Of a DNA stretch of 64,000 nucleotides, positions 26,415 through 36,678 are shown piece by piece. Below the pieces are notes generated by a model that had not been told where the DNA came from, did not search any database, and saw nothing but the letters and a program-made list of their open reading frames with translations. The DNA comes from Solirubrobacterales bacterium (GTDB lineage: Bacteria; Pseudomonadota; Alphaproteobacteria; Rhodospirillales; Magnetospirillaceae), in the NCBI GenBank assembly GCA_050260775.1, contig JBLNCP010000041.1:18198-82197 (forward strand). The letters run 5' to 3'. The translations under genes and the position numbers were made by a program. Every line of letters starts with the position of its first letter. Position 1 is the stretch's first letter.

Positions 26415-27653
26415 ATGACTGCCCTCAACGGCAAGAACAGCGTCAAGCGCCCCATCTACCTGGATTACCAGGCGACGACCCCGACCGATCCGCGGGTGGT
26501 CGAGAAGATGCTGCCGTACTTCACCGAGAAATTCGGCAACCCGCACTCCCGCAACCACCTGTACGGCTGGGAGACGGAAGAGGCGGTGGAAGTGGCGCGC
26601 GAGCAGGTGGCCGCCATCATCGGCGCCGACGCCAAGGAGGTGATCTTCACCTCGGGCGCCACCGAGTCCAACAACCTGGCGCTGAAGGGAGTGGCCCACT
26701 TCTACAAGGACAAGCGGGACCACATCGTCACCGTGGTCACCGAGCACAAATGCGTGCTCGACACCTGCCGCCACCTCGAACAGGAAGGCTTCCGCGTCAC
26801 CTATCTGCCGGTCAAGGCCGACGGCCTGATCGACCTGGGCGAACTGGAAGCCGCCATCACCGACAAGACCGCCATCGTGTCGATCATGGGCGCCAACAAC
26901 GAGATCGGCGTGGTCCAGCCGCTGGCCGAGATCGGCAAGCTGTGCCGCAAGAAGGGCGCCTTCTTCCACACCGACTGCGCGCAGGCGGTGGGCAAGATCC
27001 CGCTCGACGTCAACGCCATGAACATCGACCTGATGAGCATCTCCGGGCACAAGATCTACGGGCCCAAGGGCATCGGCGCCCTTTACGTGCGCCGCCGCCC
27101 GCGCGTGCGCCTGGTGCCGCTGATCAACGGCGGCGGCCAGGAGCGCGGCATGCGCTCGGGCACCCTGCCGACCCCGCTGTGCGTCGGCCTGGGCGAGGCC
27201 TGCGCCATCGCCGGCAAGGAGATGGCGGCCGAGGCCGAGCGGCTGCGCGGCCTGCGTGACCGGCTGCTCGACGGCCTCAAGGCCCGCCTGCCCGAGATCT
27301 ACGTCAACGGCGACATGGAGCACCGCATCCCCGGCAACATCAACATCTCCTTCGCCTTCGTCGAGGGCGAGGGCCTGATGATGGGGGTGAAGGACCTGGC
27401 GGTGTCGTCGGGTTCGGCCTGCACCTCGGCCTCGCTGGAACCCTCCTACGTGCTGCGGGCGCTGGGCCTCGACGCCGAGATGGCCCATACCAGCCTGCGC
27501 TTCGGCCTGGGGCGGTTCACCACCGAGGCGGACATCGACTACGCCATCAACCACGTGACCGAGGCGGTGGAGCATTTGCGCGCCATGAGCCCGCTGTGGG
27601 AAATGCACCAGGATGGGATCGACATCAAATCGATCCAGTGGGCCGAGCACTGA
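26415..27653 (+). CDS. iscS: cysteine desulfurase IscS
   Basis: 412 aa with [42 protein letters not shown] and the C-terminal [11 protein letters not shown]. This is the canonical group I IscS. Confidence 0.95.
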   Translation: MTALNGKNSVKRPIYLDYQATTPTDPRVVEKMLPYFTEKFGNPHSRNHLYGWETEEAVEVAREQVAAIIGADAKEVIFTSGATESNNLALKGVAHFYKDKRDHIVTVVTEHKCVLDTCRHLEQEGFRVTYLPVKADGLIDLGELEAAITDKTAIVSIMGANNEIGVVQPLAEIGKLCRKKGAFFHTDCAQAVGKIPLDVNAMNIDLMSISGHKIYGPKGIGALYVRRRPRVRLVPLINGGGQERGMRSGTLPTPLCVGLGEACAIAGKEMAAEAERLRGLRDRLLDGLKARLPEIYVNGDMEHRIPGNINISFAFVEGEGLMMGVKDLAVSSGSACTSASLEPSYVLRALGLDAEMAHTSLRFGLGRFTTEADIDYAINHVTEAVEHLRAMSPLWEMHQDGIDIKSIQWAEH

Positions 27654-27717
27654 GCGGCCGCATCACCAGATTCTATTTCAGGTCCGGCGTCGGCGCCGGG
27701 AAGGGTTGGAGGAACAC

Positions 27718-28101
27718 ATGGCTTACAGCGACAAGGTCGTCGAGCACTACGAGAACCCCCGCAATGTCGGGACGTTCGGCAAGGAAGAGAAGGGCGTCGG
27801 CACCGGCCTGGTCGGGGCGCCCGCCTGCGGCGACGTCATGAAGCTGCAGATCAAGGTGAGCCCCGAGGGCATCATCGAGGACGCCAAGTTCAAGACCTTC
27901 GGCTGCGGCTCGGCGATCGCGTCGTCGTCGCTGGTGACCGAGTGGGTCAAGGGCAAGACCCTCGACGAGGCCGCGGCCATCAAGAACACCGACATCGCCC
28001 AGGAACTGGCGCTGCCGCCGGTCAAGATCCACTGTTCGGTCCTGGCCGAGGATGCTATCAAGGCCGCCATCGCCGATTACAAGAAGAAGTCGGAAGACTA
28101 A
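27718..28101 (+). CDS. iscU: Fe-S cluster assembly scaffold IscU
   Basis: MAYSDKVVEHYENPRNVG...GAPACGDVMKL...FGCGSAIASSS...LPPVKIHCS. Confidence 0.95.
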   Translation: MAYSDKVVEHYENPRNVGTFGKEEKGVGTGLVGAPACGDVMKLQIKVSPEGIIEDAKFKTFGCGSAIASSSLVTEWVKGKTLDEAAAIKNTDIAQELALPPVKIHCSVLAEDAIKAAIADYKKKSED

Positions 28102-28114
28102 GAGAGGGTCCGAG

Positions 28115-28453
28115 ATGGAACGCAAGGCGCCCCTGATGATCACCGACGCCGCCGCCGAGCGCGTCAAGGCTCTCCTGGCCAGCCGCGGCAAGCCCGCGGC
28201 CGGCGTGCGCATCGGCGTGCGCGCCAAGGGCTGTTCGGGACTGTCCTACACCCTTGAGTTCGCCGACGAGAAGACTCCCTTCGACGAAGTGGTCGAGGAC
28301 AAGGGCGTCACCGTGCTGATCGACCCCAAGGCGACCATGTTCATCCTGGGCACCGAGATGGACTACGTCGAGGAGAAGATGCAGTCGGGCTTCGTGTTCC
28401 GGAACCCGAATGAGAAGGGCCGCTGCGGTTGCGGCGAATCCTTCCACGTCTGA
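28115..28453 (+). CDS. iscA: iron-sulfur cluster insertion protein (A-type carrier)
   Basis: 112 aa with GCSGLSY and the C-terminal CGCGESF motif. Confidence 0.9.
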   Translation: MERKAPLMITDAAAERVKALLASRGKPAAGVRIGVRAKGCSGLSYTLEFADEKTPFDEVVEDKGVTVLIDPKATMFILGTEMDYVEEKMQSGFVFRNPNEKGRCGCGESFHV

Positions 28454-28492
28454 TGCCGTTGCTGTTGATCCGATGCCAACACTCTTGATCCC

Positions 28493-29119
28493 ATGAACGC
28501 GTCCGCGATCCAGACCGTGTTGCCGTGCTGGTCCTGCAAGGGGCCGGTGGCGGCGCGCGCGCTGTTCTGTTCGGTGTGCGGCGCGGTGCAGGGGCCGGGC
28601 GCGATCGATCATTTCACCCGCCTCGGCCTCAAGCCGACCTTTGACGTCGACCTCGACCAGCTGCAGAGCCAGTATTTCGGCTTCCAGCGGCGGCTGCACC
28701 CCGACCGCTTCGCGGCGAAATCGCCGAAGGAGCGCGCGTTGTCGCAGCAGCAGGCCACCGCGCTCAACGAGGCCTACGAAACGCTGAAGGATCCGCTCAA
28801 GCGCGCCGCCTACCTTCTCGGCCAGCTCGGCCGCGAGGTCGACCTCACCGCCTGCGGCACCATTTCCGATCCGGAACTCCTGATGGAGCAGATGGAAAAG
28901 CGCGAGGCCATCGCCGAAGCGGACACCCTGGGCGAGATCACCAGGCTGTCGGCCCAGGCCGACGCCGACGTGCTCGCCGATGTCTGCCACGTCTCCGCCG
29001 CCTTCAATTCCGGCGATCTGGACGAGGCGTCGCGTCTGACCATCCGCCTGAAATACTTGACCAAACTCGCCGAGGAGGCCCGCGCCAAGAAGGCGCGCGT
29101 GGCGCGGGCGGGAAAATAG
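28493..29119 (+). CDS. hscB: Fe-S protein assembly co-chaperone HscB with an N-terminal CxxC...CxxC extension
   Basis: J-domain (HFTRLGL...LHPDRF). The N-terminus PCWSCKGPVAARALFCSVCG carries four Cys. It lies between iscA and hscA. Confidence 0.85.
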   Translation: MNASAIQTVLPCWSCKGPVAARALFCSVCGAVQGPGAIDHFTRLGLKPTFDVDLDQLQSQYFGFQRRLHPDRFAAKSPKERALSQQQATALNEAYETLKDPLKRAAYLLGQLGREVDLTACGTISDPELLMEQMEKREAIAEADTLGEITRLSAQADADVLADVCHVSAAFNSGDLDEASRLTIRLKYLTKLAEEARAKKARVARAGK

Positions 29120-29186
29120 GCCGTCTTCGACCTGAACGAATTCCCCGGCGGTGCCCGGCGTTGCGGGGGAAGTGAAAGGGGTACCC

Positions 29187-31097
29187 ATGTCCGACCTGAT
29201 CCTGCTGCAGATTCACGAGCCGGGGGAAACGCCGGCCCCGCATGAGTCCGAGCGCGGGCTTGCCGTAGGGATCGACCTGGGAACCACCAATTCGGTGGTG
29301 GCCGTGGCCCGCGACACCAAGGCCGAGGTGCTGCGTGGTGCCGACGGCCACGCCCTGATCCCGTCGGTGGTGCATTACGGCGAGGACGGCTCGGTCACGG
29401 TCGGGAGCAAGGCGCGCGAGCTGATCCTGGAAAGCCCCGACCAGGTGGTGAGCTCGATCAAGCGGCTGATGGGCCGCGGCCTCGAGGACGTCAAAACGGT
29501 GGCGGGCACGCTGCCCTACCAGGTCGAGGTCGCCCCCGAGGGCGGCATGGTCCGCCTGAACGTCGCCGGCAAGGTGATGACCCCGGTCGAGATCTCGGCC
29601 GACATCCTGCGCGCCGTGAAGGCCCGCGCCGAAGAGGCGCAGGGCAAGCCGGTCGACCGCGCCGTGGTCACGGTTCCCGCCTATTTCGACGATGCCGCGC
29701 GCACCGCCACCAAGGACGCCGCCCGCCTGGCCGGGCTGGAGGTGCTGCGCCTGGTCAACGAGCCGACGGCGGCGGCGCTGGCCTATGGCCTCGACAACGC
29801 GGCCGAGGGCCTTTACGCGGTCTACGACCTGGGCGGCGGCACCTTCGACATCTCGATCCTGCGCATGGAAAAGGGCGTGTTCCAGGTCAAGGCCACCGGC
29901 GGCGACGCCGCCCTGGGCGGCGACGACGTCGACCATGCCATCGCCGAGCATTTCCTGGGCGAGCGCACCGCCGGCCTGGGCGAGGCCACCATCACGGCCG
30001 GCGAGGCCAAGCAGGCGCTGATGACCGCCCGCCTTGCCAAGGAATGCCTGACCGACCGCATGGGCGGCGAATGGCTGATGGAGGTGGACGGCAAGCCCTC
30101 GCGCCACTTCCTCGACCGCGAGACCCTGGAGCGGCTGGCCTCGCCCTTCGTCGAGCGCACTGTCGAGATCTGCCGCTCGGTGTGCGACGACGCCGGCATC
30201 GACGTCTCCGAGATCCACGGCGTGGTGCTGGTGGGCGGCTCGACCCGCATGCCGCTGGTGCGCCGCCGCGTCGCCGAATTCTTCGGCACCCAGCCGCTGG
30301 CCGACATCAATCCCGACGAGGTGGTCGCGGTCGGCGCCGCCCTGCAGGCCGAGGCCCTGACGGTGGGGTCCGACACGCTGCTGCTCGACGTCACGCCGCT
30401 GTCGCTCGGTATCGAGACCATGGGCGGCATCGTCGAGAAGGTCATCCCGCGCAACACCCCGATCCCGGTGGCCATGGCGCAGGAATTCACCACCTACCAG
30501 GACGGCCAGTCGGCCATGTCCATCCACGTCGTCCAGGGCGAGCGCGAGATGGTCGACCAGTGCCGGTCGCTGGCGCGCTTCGTCCTCAAGGGCATCCCGC
30601 CGATGACCGCGGGCGCCGCCCGCATCCGCGTCACCTTCCAGGTGGACGCCGACGGCCTGCTGACCGTCTCGGCCGAGGAGACCACCACCGGGGTGGAACA
30701 GCACGTGGCGGTCAAGCCGTCCTACGGCCTCAGCGAAGACGAGATGGCCAACATGCTGCGCGACGCCCTGGAGCACGGCCGCGAGGACATGGCCCAGCGC
30801 CTGCTGGCCGAGTCGGTCGTCGAGGCGCGGCGTTCCGTGCTTGCCGTCCAGTCTGCGCTGAAAGTCGACGCGGACCTCTTGTCGGATGCCGAGCGACAGG
30901 CTATCGATGCGGCAATCGGCGACGTCGACCAGGCGAGCCGCGGGACCGACCGCGATGCGGTGAACGCCGCGGTCGAGCGTCTGGAGGCCGCCACCAAGTC
31001 CTTCGCCGAACGGCGGATGGACCGCGGTATCCGGCAGGCGCTGGCCGGTGTGAGCGTCGATCGTCTCGACGACGCTCTCGGGGGCGACGAAGAATAG
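29187..31097 (+). CDS. hscA: Fe-S protein assembly chaperone HscA (Hsp70 family)
   Basis: GIDLGTTNSVVA, DLGGGTFDISIL, VVLVGGSTRMPLV. 636 aa from ATG 29187. Confidence 0.95.
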   Translation: MSDLILLQIHEPGETPAPHESERGLAVGIDLGTTNSVVAVARDTKAEVLRGADGHALIPSVVHYGEDGSVTVGSKARELILESPDQVVSSIKRLMGRGLEDVKTVAGTLPYQVEVAPEGGMVRLNVAGKVMTPVEISADILRAVKARAEEAQGKPVDRAVVTVPAYFDDAARTATKDAARLAGLEVLRLVNEPTAAALAYGLDNAAEGLYAVYDLGGGTFDISILRMEKGVFQVKATGGDAALGGDDVDHAIAEHFLGERTAGLGEATITAGEAKQALMTARLAKECLTDRMGGEWLMEVDGKPSRHFLDRETLERLASPFVERTVEICRSVCDDAGIDVSEIHGVVLVGGSTRMPLVRRRVAEFFGTQPLADINPDEVVAVGAALQAEALTVGSDTLLLDVTPLSLGIETMGGIVEKVIPRNTPIPVAMAQEFTTYQDGQSAMSIHVVQGEREMVDQCRSLARFVLKGIPPMTAGAARIRVTFQVDADGLLTVSAEETTTGVEQHVAVKPSYGLSEDEMANMLRDALEHGREDMAQRLLAESVVEARRSVLAVQSALKVDADLLSDAERQAIDAAIGDVDQASRGTDRDAVNAAVERLEAATKSFAERRMDRGIRQALAGVSVDRLDDALGGDEE

Positions 31098-31182
31098 TCG
31101 GTTGTTTTGGTGAAGACGCCCTGGGCGCGGCGGGAAGGGAAAAGCCGCGCACGGGGACCAAAGGGATAAGGAAGGCTGCTCA

Positions 31183-31521
31183 ATGCCCAAGATGACGTTC
31201 ATTGCACCGGACGGGACCCGCAAGGAAGTCGAGGCTCCCGAGGGGCTCTCGGTGCTTGAAATCGCCCATCGCAACAAGATCGAGCTGGAAGGCGCCTGCG
31301 AAGGCTCGCTGGCCTGCTCCACCTGCCATGTGGTTGTCGCCGACGAATGGTTCGACAAGCTGTCGGCCGCCTCCGAGGACGAGGAGGACATGCTCGACCT
31401 CGCCTTCGGCCTGACCGGCACCTCGCGCCTGGGCTGCCAGATCATCATGAAGAAGGACCTCGACGGTCTGGTGGTCAGCCTGCCGGCCGCCACCCGCAAC
31501 ATGATGGTCGACAAGAAGTAG
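31183..31521 (+). CDS. fdx: 2Fe-2S ferredoxin, ISC/adrenodoxin type
   Basis: 112 aa with [12 protein letters not shown] ... LGCQ cluster ligands. Confidence 0.9.
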   Translation: MPKMTFIAPDGTRKEVEAPEGLSVLEIAHRNKIELEGACEGSLACSTCHVVVADEWFDKLSAASEDEEDMLDLAFGLTGTSRLGCQIIMKKDLDGLVVSLPAATRNMMVDKK

Positions 31522-31534
31522 CTTCAGCCGCAGG

Positions 31535-31603
31535 AGATCCTTCGGTCGCGACGCTCCCTCAGGATGACGGGTTGACTGTCATCCTGAGCACAGCGAAGGA
31601 TCT
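31535..31603. repeat. nested palindromic REP/MITE-like element between fdx and iscX
   Basis: The outer arms are AGATCCTTCG (31535-31544) and CGAAGGATCT (31594-31603). The inner arms are CTCAGGATGAC (31558-31568) and GTCATCCTGAG (31578-31588). Confidence 0.8.
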
Positions 31604-31625
31604 GGGGGAGTTCGGAGCGAAGATC

Positions 31626-31820
31626 ATGAAATGGACCGATGTTCTCGACATCGCCATCGCGCTCGAAGAGGCGCATCCCGACGCCGACAACGTCAACCTT
31701 CGCTTCACCGACCTGCACCGCTGGGTCTGCGAACTGCCCGATTTTTCCGATGATCCGGCCAAGTCCAACGAGAAGATCCTGGAGGCCATCCAGATGGCCT
31801 GGATCGACGAACGGGACTAG
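31626..31820 (+). CDS. iscX: Fe-S assembly protein IscX
   Basis: 64 aa, MKWTDVLDIAIALEEAHPD...RFTDLHRWV..LP.F.DDP, the typical IscX/YfhJ sequence. Confidence 0.8.
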   Translation: MKWTDVLDIAIALEEAHPDADNVNLRFTDLHRWVCELPDFSDDPAKSNEKILEAIQMAWIDERD

Positions 31821-31892
31821 ACGGTTCCGCTCTCTGGGAGAGCGGGGAACTCCGCTCTGGACTTTGCCGCGACCTCCCGCCTATATCCGCAC

Positions 31893-32963
31893 ATGAGTTC
31901 CAAGGGTCGCATCGTCGTCGCCATGTCGGGCGGAGTGGATTCCTCCGCCACCGCCGCTCTGTTGCTGGAGCAGGGCTGGGACGTGGTGGGAATCACCCTC
32001 CAGCTCTATGACCACGGCGCCGCCACCTGCCGGTCCAACACCTGCTGCGCCGGCAAGGACATCCACGATGCGCGCGCCGTCGCCGACACGCTCGGCATCC
32101 CCCATTACGTCCTCGACATGGAGCAGGCCTTCCGCGCCTCGGTGATCGAGCAGTTCGCCGATACCTACGTGCGGGGCGAGACGCCCATCCCCTGCATCCT
32201 GTGCAACCAGACGGTCAAGTTCCGCGATCTGCTCCAGGTCGCCCGCGATCTCGGTGCCGACGCGCTGGCCACCGGCCATTACATCCGGCGCGAGGACGGG
32301 CCCGTGATGCTGCGCGGTGTCGATCCGGCCCGCGACCAGAGCTATTTCCTGTTCGCCACCACCCGCGAACAGCTCGACTTCCTTCGCTTTCCGCTCGGCG
32401 GCATGATGTCCAAGGACGAGACGCGCGCCATCGCCGCCCGCCATCGCCTGCCGGTCGCCAGCAAACGGGACAGTCAGGACATCTGCTTCGTTCCCGATGG
32501 GGATTACGCCAGCCTGGTCGCCCGGCTGCGGCCGGATGCCGCGCTGCCCGGCGACATCGTCGACCGCGACGGCAAGGTCCTGGGACGCCACCAAGGCCTC
32601 ATCCACTACACCATCGGCCAGCGCAAGGGCCTGGGGCTCGGGGGCGGGCCGCCGCTGTTCGTGGTGCGCCTCGATGCCGAGGCGCGGCGCGTTGTCGTCG
32701 GCCCCCGCGAGGCGCTGGGGCGTACCGCCATCCGCCTGCACGGGGTCAACTGGCTGGGGGACGACGGCGTCGGCGAGATGCGGGTGCAGGTCAAGGTCCG
32801 CTCGACCCGTCCGCCCAAGCCCGCCACCGTGAGCCTGCTGGACGGCGCCGCCGCCGCGGTGGTGCTGGATGAGCCGGAGGAGGGGGTGGCGCCGGGACAG
32901 GCGTGCGTCCTCTACGACGGCGAGCGCGTCCTTGGCGGCGGTTGGATCTCTGGCGGAAATTAG
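31893..32963 (+). CDS. mnmA: tRNA 2-thiouridine(34) synthase
   Basis: [11 protein letters not shown] (PP-loop) and the catalytic Cys regions ([14 protein letters not shown]). Confidence 0.95.
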   Translation: MSSKGRIVVAMSGGVDSSATAALLLEQGWDVVGITLQLYDHGAATCRSNTCCAGKDIHDARAVADTLGIPHYVLDMEQAFRASVIEQFADTYVRGETPIPCILCNQTVKFRDLLQVARDLGADALATGHYIRREDGPVMLRGVDPARDQSYFLFATTREQLDFLRFPLGGMMSKDETRAIAARHRLPVASKRDSQDICFVPDGDYASLVARLRPDAALPGDIVDRDGKVLGRHQGLIHYTIGQRKGLGLGGGPPLFVVRLDAEARRVVVGPREALGRTAIRLHGVNWLGDDGVGEMRVQVKVRSTRPPKPATVSLLDGAAAAVVLDEPEEGVAPGQACVLYDGERVLGGGWISGGN

Positions 32964-33023
32964 TTCCGGCCTCCTATACTTTTGGGCTAAGATAATACTG
33001 TCTTTAGTAGGACAGGATCGCCC

Positions 33024-34208
33024 ATGGCCGGACTGCCCAAGGCCCTTGCGCTTTGTCTAGTGTTTGTCGGGGTCTGGTTCCCGGCGGCTGCAGAACAACA
33101 GGCCAAACCGATCGTGCTGGGCATCGACGCAGAGTTCGGCCTCAAGAACAGCACCTCGGCCCAATCCATCGAACGCGGCGTCCGCACGGCCGTCGAAGAG
33201 ATCAACCAGGCCGGCGGCGTCCTGGGGCGGCCCCTGGCCGTAGCCATCAAGGACAACCGGTCCCTGCCGGCGCGCGGCATCGACAACATCAAGGATTTCG
33301 CCGCCGACCCCGACGTGGTGGCGGTGTTCGGCGGCCGCTTCAGCCCGGTGGTGTTCGAGGAAGCCCCGGTGGCACAGCAGACCGGCATGATCCTGCTCGA
33401 TCCCTGGGCCTCGGCCGACGGCATCATCGACGACACGCTCAAGCCCAACTGGGTGTTCCGCCTGTCGTTGCGCGATGAATACGCCATGCCGACGATGATG
33501 TCGTACGCCCGCGACCGCGGGCTCCGGCGCGTCGGCCTGCTCCTCGCCAACACGGCCTGGGGGCGCAGCAACCTGGCTTCCGCCGAGCGCCACCTGGCCG
33601 GATCCCCGGACATGGCGATCGTCGGCAGGGCCTGGTTCAACTGGGGTGAGCAAAGCCTGCTGCCCCAATATCGCCAGCTGCTGGCGGCCGGCGCCCAGGC
33701 GGTTGTCTTCGTCACCAATGACGTGGAGGGCGCCCTGCTGATACGGGAAATCGCTGGGTTGCCCCCGGACGAGCGGCGGCCGGTCATCTTCCATTGGGGC
33801 ATCACCGGCGGCACCTTCGTGGAGCAGGCCGGCGACGCCCTTCGCACGGTCGATCACGCGGTGGTCCAGACCTTCAGTTTCCTTTCCGCCCGGCCGGACC
33901 GGGTCAAGAAGGTGTTGGCGACGACCTCGCGGCTGTTCGGGTTGTCGACGGCCGAGCAGGTGGAGGCGCCGGTCGGCTTTGCCCATGCCTACGACCTCAC
34001 GCACATTCTCGCCAAGGCCATCGCGCTGGCCGGCACGGCGGAGCGCGGCGCCGTCCGGGATGCGCTGGAACGGGTGACCAACCACGACGGGCTGGTGCGC
34101 ACCTATGCCCGTCCCTTCGCGCCGGGTCATCACGAGGCGCTGCCACGCGAGCAGGTGTTCATGGCGCGGTATCGCTCGGACGGCGTCCTGGCGCCGGTCG
34201 GACGCTGA
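33024..34208 (+). CDS. periplasmic ligand-binding protein (type I PBP, LivK/Peripla_BP_6-like)
   Basis: A signal peptide is followed by IVLGIDAEFGL...AVEEINQAGGVLGRPL...D....P......I..F..D..VVAVFGG, the typical branched-chain-amino-acid-type PBP pattern. It ends 4 nt before the kinase gene. Confidence 0.8.
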   Translation: MAGLPKALALCLVFVGVWFPAAAEQQAKPIVLGIDAEFGLKNSTSAQSIERGVRTAVEEINQAGGVLGRPLAVAIKDNRSLPARGIDNIKDFAADPDVVAVFGGRFSPVVFEEAPVAQQTGMILLDPWASADGIIDDTLKPNWVFRLSLRDEYAMPTMMSYARDRGLRRVGLLLANTAWGRSNLASAERHLAGSPDMAIVGRAWFNWGEQSLLPQYRQLLAAGAQAVVFVTNDVEGALLIREIAGLPPDERRPVIFHWGITGGTFVEQAGDALRTVDHAVVQTFSFLSARPDRVKKVLATTSRLFGLSTAEQVEAPVGFAHAYDLTHILAKAIALAGTAERGAVRDALERVTNHDGLVRTYARPFAPGHHEALPREQVFMARYRSDGVLAPVGR

Positions 34209-34212
34209 TCCC

Positions 34213-36300
34213 ATGCCGAGCTTCACCCTTCGCGTCGCGGCCGCCGGTGCGGCCGTCGCCATCTCGCTGGTGACGGCGGTGGGCACATCCACCTTCATCG
34301 CCCTGCGCGAGCAGATCCTCGACAATGTCCGAGAGGCGTCGCGTCACACCGCCGAGATCGAGGGGCGTCAGGCGGTGACGGTGGTCAAGGCCATCGTCTC
34401 GCACCAGACCTCCACCGCTGCCAATCCCCTGATCGCCAACGCGCTGACCGATACCATCGGCCGGGACGCCTACGTCGTCCCCTTCCTCAAGGGCGTGCAC
34501 GAAATCAACGGGGTCCCGGTCAGGGTGCGGATGACCGATTTCAAGGGGCGGGTCATCGCCGGCAGCGAAGCGTCCGGCACGGATGTCGGTGAGGTGGCGC
34601 TGCGGGCGGTGGAGAAGGCCGAGCTCGTCGGCTCCGTGAAGAGTGACGGACCCGGGGGGCGGGTGATCTACGCCTCACCGATCATCTACGCCAACACCGG
34701 CACCCCCGAGGGTGCCCTGGTCTATGACATCGACACGTCGGCCCTCGCCCCGGACGAGCGCGCCGATGGTCTGGTCAAGCGCGTCGATGTGGCGATTGCC
34801 GATCCCGGGCAGCCGGTGCCTCCGGTCGATGCGTCGGCGGTGGCGACCTTCGTCGAGCAACTTCCGGCCGGCCTGCGGCTGCTCGTGTCGGTCCATGCCG
34901 ATGAAGCGGCGCTCCGGCAGCCGTTGGAGCGGTTGGCCCGGACCTTCGTCCTCGTCGGGGTGCTTGCGCTTCTGTCGGTCGTCGGGGCGAACCTTGCCCT
35001 GGCGCGGGCGGCGACCCGCCGGCTCAGACGCATGGAGGAAGAGGCCGGCCGCGTCGTGGGCACCGGTTCATTCTCCGAGCGCCTCGCCGTTGCCGAGGGG
35101 GAAGACGAGCTCTCTCGCCTGGCGCGCTCGTTCAACAACGTTCTCGACCGGCTGGAGATCGCCCACCACGACATCGCCGCCCAGGCGGAAGAGCGGCTGC
35201 GCGATTCCGAGGCACGTTACCGCCTGCTGGCCGAGTACGCCTCCGATGGGATCGCCCGGCTGGCTGCCGACGGGACCATCCGTTACGTTTCCCCCGCGGC
35301 GGGGCGTCTGGTGGGCGAGGGCGTCCCTGATCTGGTCGGCCGGCGGGTGGTCGACATGGTCCATCCCGATGACCGCGCCGAATTGGCCGCCCGCCTCGGC
35401 CAAGAGGGTATGGCCGGCGTGCTGTCGTTCCGGGTCAGCAACCCGCAGCGTGGCTGGGTGTGGGTCGAGGCATCGGCGCACCCGGTTCCCGTGGGCCCTG
35501 ACGGAGGGGATTTGGTCGCCATCATGCGCGACATCAGCGACCGCAAGGAGGTCGAGGAGGCGCTTGCCGCCAAGACCCGCGACCTCGAGCGGTCCAACGC
35601 CGAACTGGAGCAGTTCGCCTACGTCGCCTCGCACGACCTGCGCGCCCCATTGCGCATGGTGAGCAACTACCTGCAGCTCATCGGCATGCGGCTCGGCGAC
35701 CGGGTGGACACGGAATTGGCGGAATTCCTCGGCTTTGCCGTGGACGGCGCCAAGCGTATGGACCAGTTGATCCTCGATCTGCTGGAATTCGCCCGCGTCG
35801 GCCGCAACCGTCCGCCGTTCGGGTCGGTGCCGCTGGCCGAGGTGGTGGGCGAGGCCGTGCTGCCGTTTCTTCCCCGCCCCGGGACCCCGGGTGCCGCCAT
35901 CGAGCTCCAACCCGGCCTGCCGGTGGTCATGGGCGACCGCGCCGAGCTGGGGCGGCTGTTCCAGAATCTGGTCGGAAACGCGGTCAAGTACGTTCGGCCG
36001 GGCGACCTTCCGGAGGTGCGGGTCGGCTGGTCCGAAGGCGCGGGCGAGGTGGTGGTGTCGGTCTCCGACAACGGCATCGGCATCGCCCCGGAGCACTACG
36101 ACCGGATCTTCATGATCTTCCAACGCCTGCATCAGCGTAACCGTTACGAGGGCACCGGGGTCGGGCTCGCCATCTGCAAGAAGATCGTCGAACGGCATGG
36201 CGGTCGTATCTGGGTGGAGAGGGGGGAGGGAGGGGGCTCCACGTTCAGGGTGTCCTTTCCCTCTGTCGTTGGTGGTGATGCTCTGGAGGCGCATTCTTAG
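34213..36300 (+). CDS. sensor histidine kinase (periplasmic sensor, HAMP, PAS, HisKA, HATPase_c)
   Basis: H-box FAYVASHDLRAPLR, N-box NLVGNAVKY, G-boxes DNGIGI and GTGVGLAICK. A PAS region lies around RYRLLAEYASDGIARL. No receiver domain is present. Confidence 0.9.
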   Translation: MPSFTLRVAAAGAAVAISLVTAVGTSTFIALREQILDNVREASRHTAEIEGRQAVTVVKAIVSHQTSTAANPLIANALTDTIGRDAYVVPFLKGVHEINGVPVRVRMTDFKGRVIAGSEASGTDVGEVALRAVEKAELVGSVKSDGPGGRVIYASPIIYANTGTPEGALVYDIDTSALAPDERADGLVKRVDVAIADPGQPVPPVDASAVATFVEQLPAGLRLLVSVHADEAALRQPLERLARTFVLVGVLALLSVVGANLALARAATRRLRRMEEEAGRVVGTGSFSERLAVAEGEDELSRLARSFNNVLDRLEIAHHDIAAQAEERLRDSEARYRLLAEYASDGIARLAADGTIRYVSPAAGRLVGEGVPDLVGRRVVDMVHPDDRAELAARLGQEGMAGVLSFRVSNPQRGWVWVEASAHPVPVGPDGGDLVAIMRDISDRKEVEEALAAKTRDLERSNAELEQFAYVASHDLRAPLRMVSNYLQLIGMRLGDRVDTELAEFLGFAVDGAKRMDQLILDLLEFARVGRNRPPFGSVPLAEVVGEAVLPFLPRPGTPGAAIELQPGLPVVMGDRAELGRLFQNLVGNAVKYVRPGDLPEVRVGWSEGAGEVVVSVSDNGIGIAPEHYDRIFMIFQRLHQRNRYEGTGVGLAICKKIVERHGGRIWVERGEGGGSTFRVSFPSVVGGDALEAHS

Positions 36301-36498
36301 ACGCTTTTGAATTCGACCGCGCGGGGCACGCGCTAACTCGAAGGAGAACCCCGTAAGAGCATCGGGAACTCCCCTCCTGAGACCACGCAATTTCGGGGAG
36401 AGGCTGGCATCTATTGGGCAAGGGCAGGAGCGATCGGGGACGGTCGCCATCCACCCGGTGAGGACCTGATCTCCGATCCAGTCATGAGGAAATCCGTC

Positions 36499-36678
36499 AT
36501 GAAGACCATTACCTCCTTCGTCGCTCGCCTGGCCAAGGACGAGAACGGCGCCACCGCGATCGAGTACGGCCTGATCGCCGCGTTGATCAGCGTCGCCGCC
36601 ATCGTCGGCATGAAGGCCATCGGCACGGCGCTCAACACCCAGTTCACCAGCATCGGCAACACCGTCACCAATCCCTGA
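36499..36678 (+). CDS. Flp family type IVb/IVc pilin
   Basis: MKTITSFVARLAKDENG/ATAIEYGLIAALISVAAIV, i.e. the Flp motif G/ATAIEYGLI. An upstream ATG at 36484 is an alternative start. Confidence 0.85.
   Translation: MKTITSFVARLAKDENGATAIEYGLIAALISVAAIVGMKAIGTALNTQFTSIGNTVTNP

Noticed and set aside
29004-31514. 836-aa ORF antisense to hscA and fdx
   Set aside because: Shadow ORF opposite two strongly supported isc genes.
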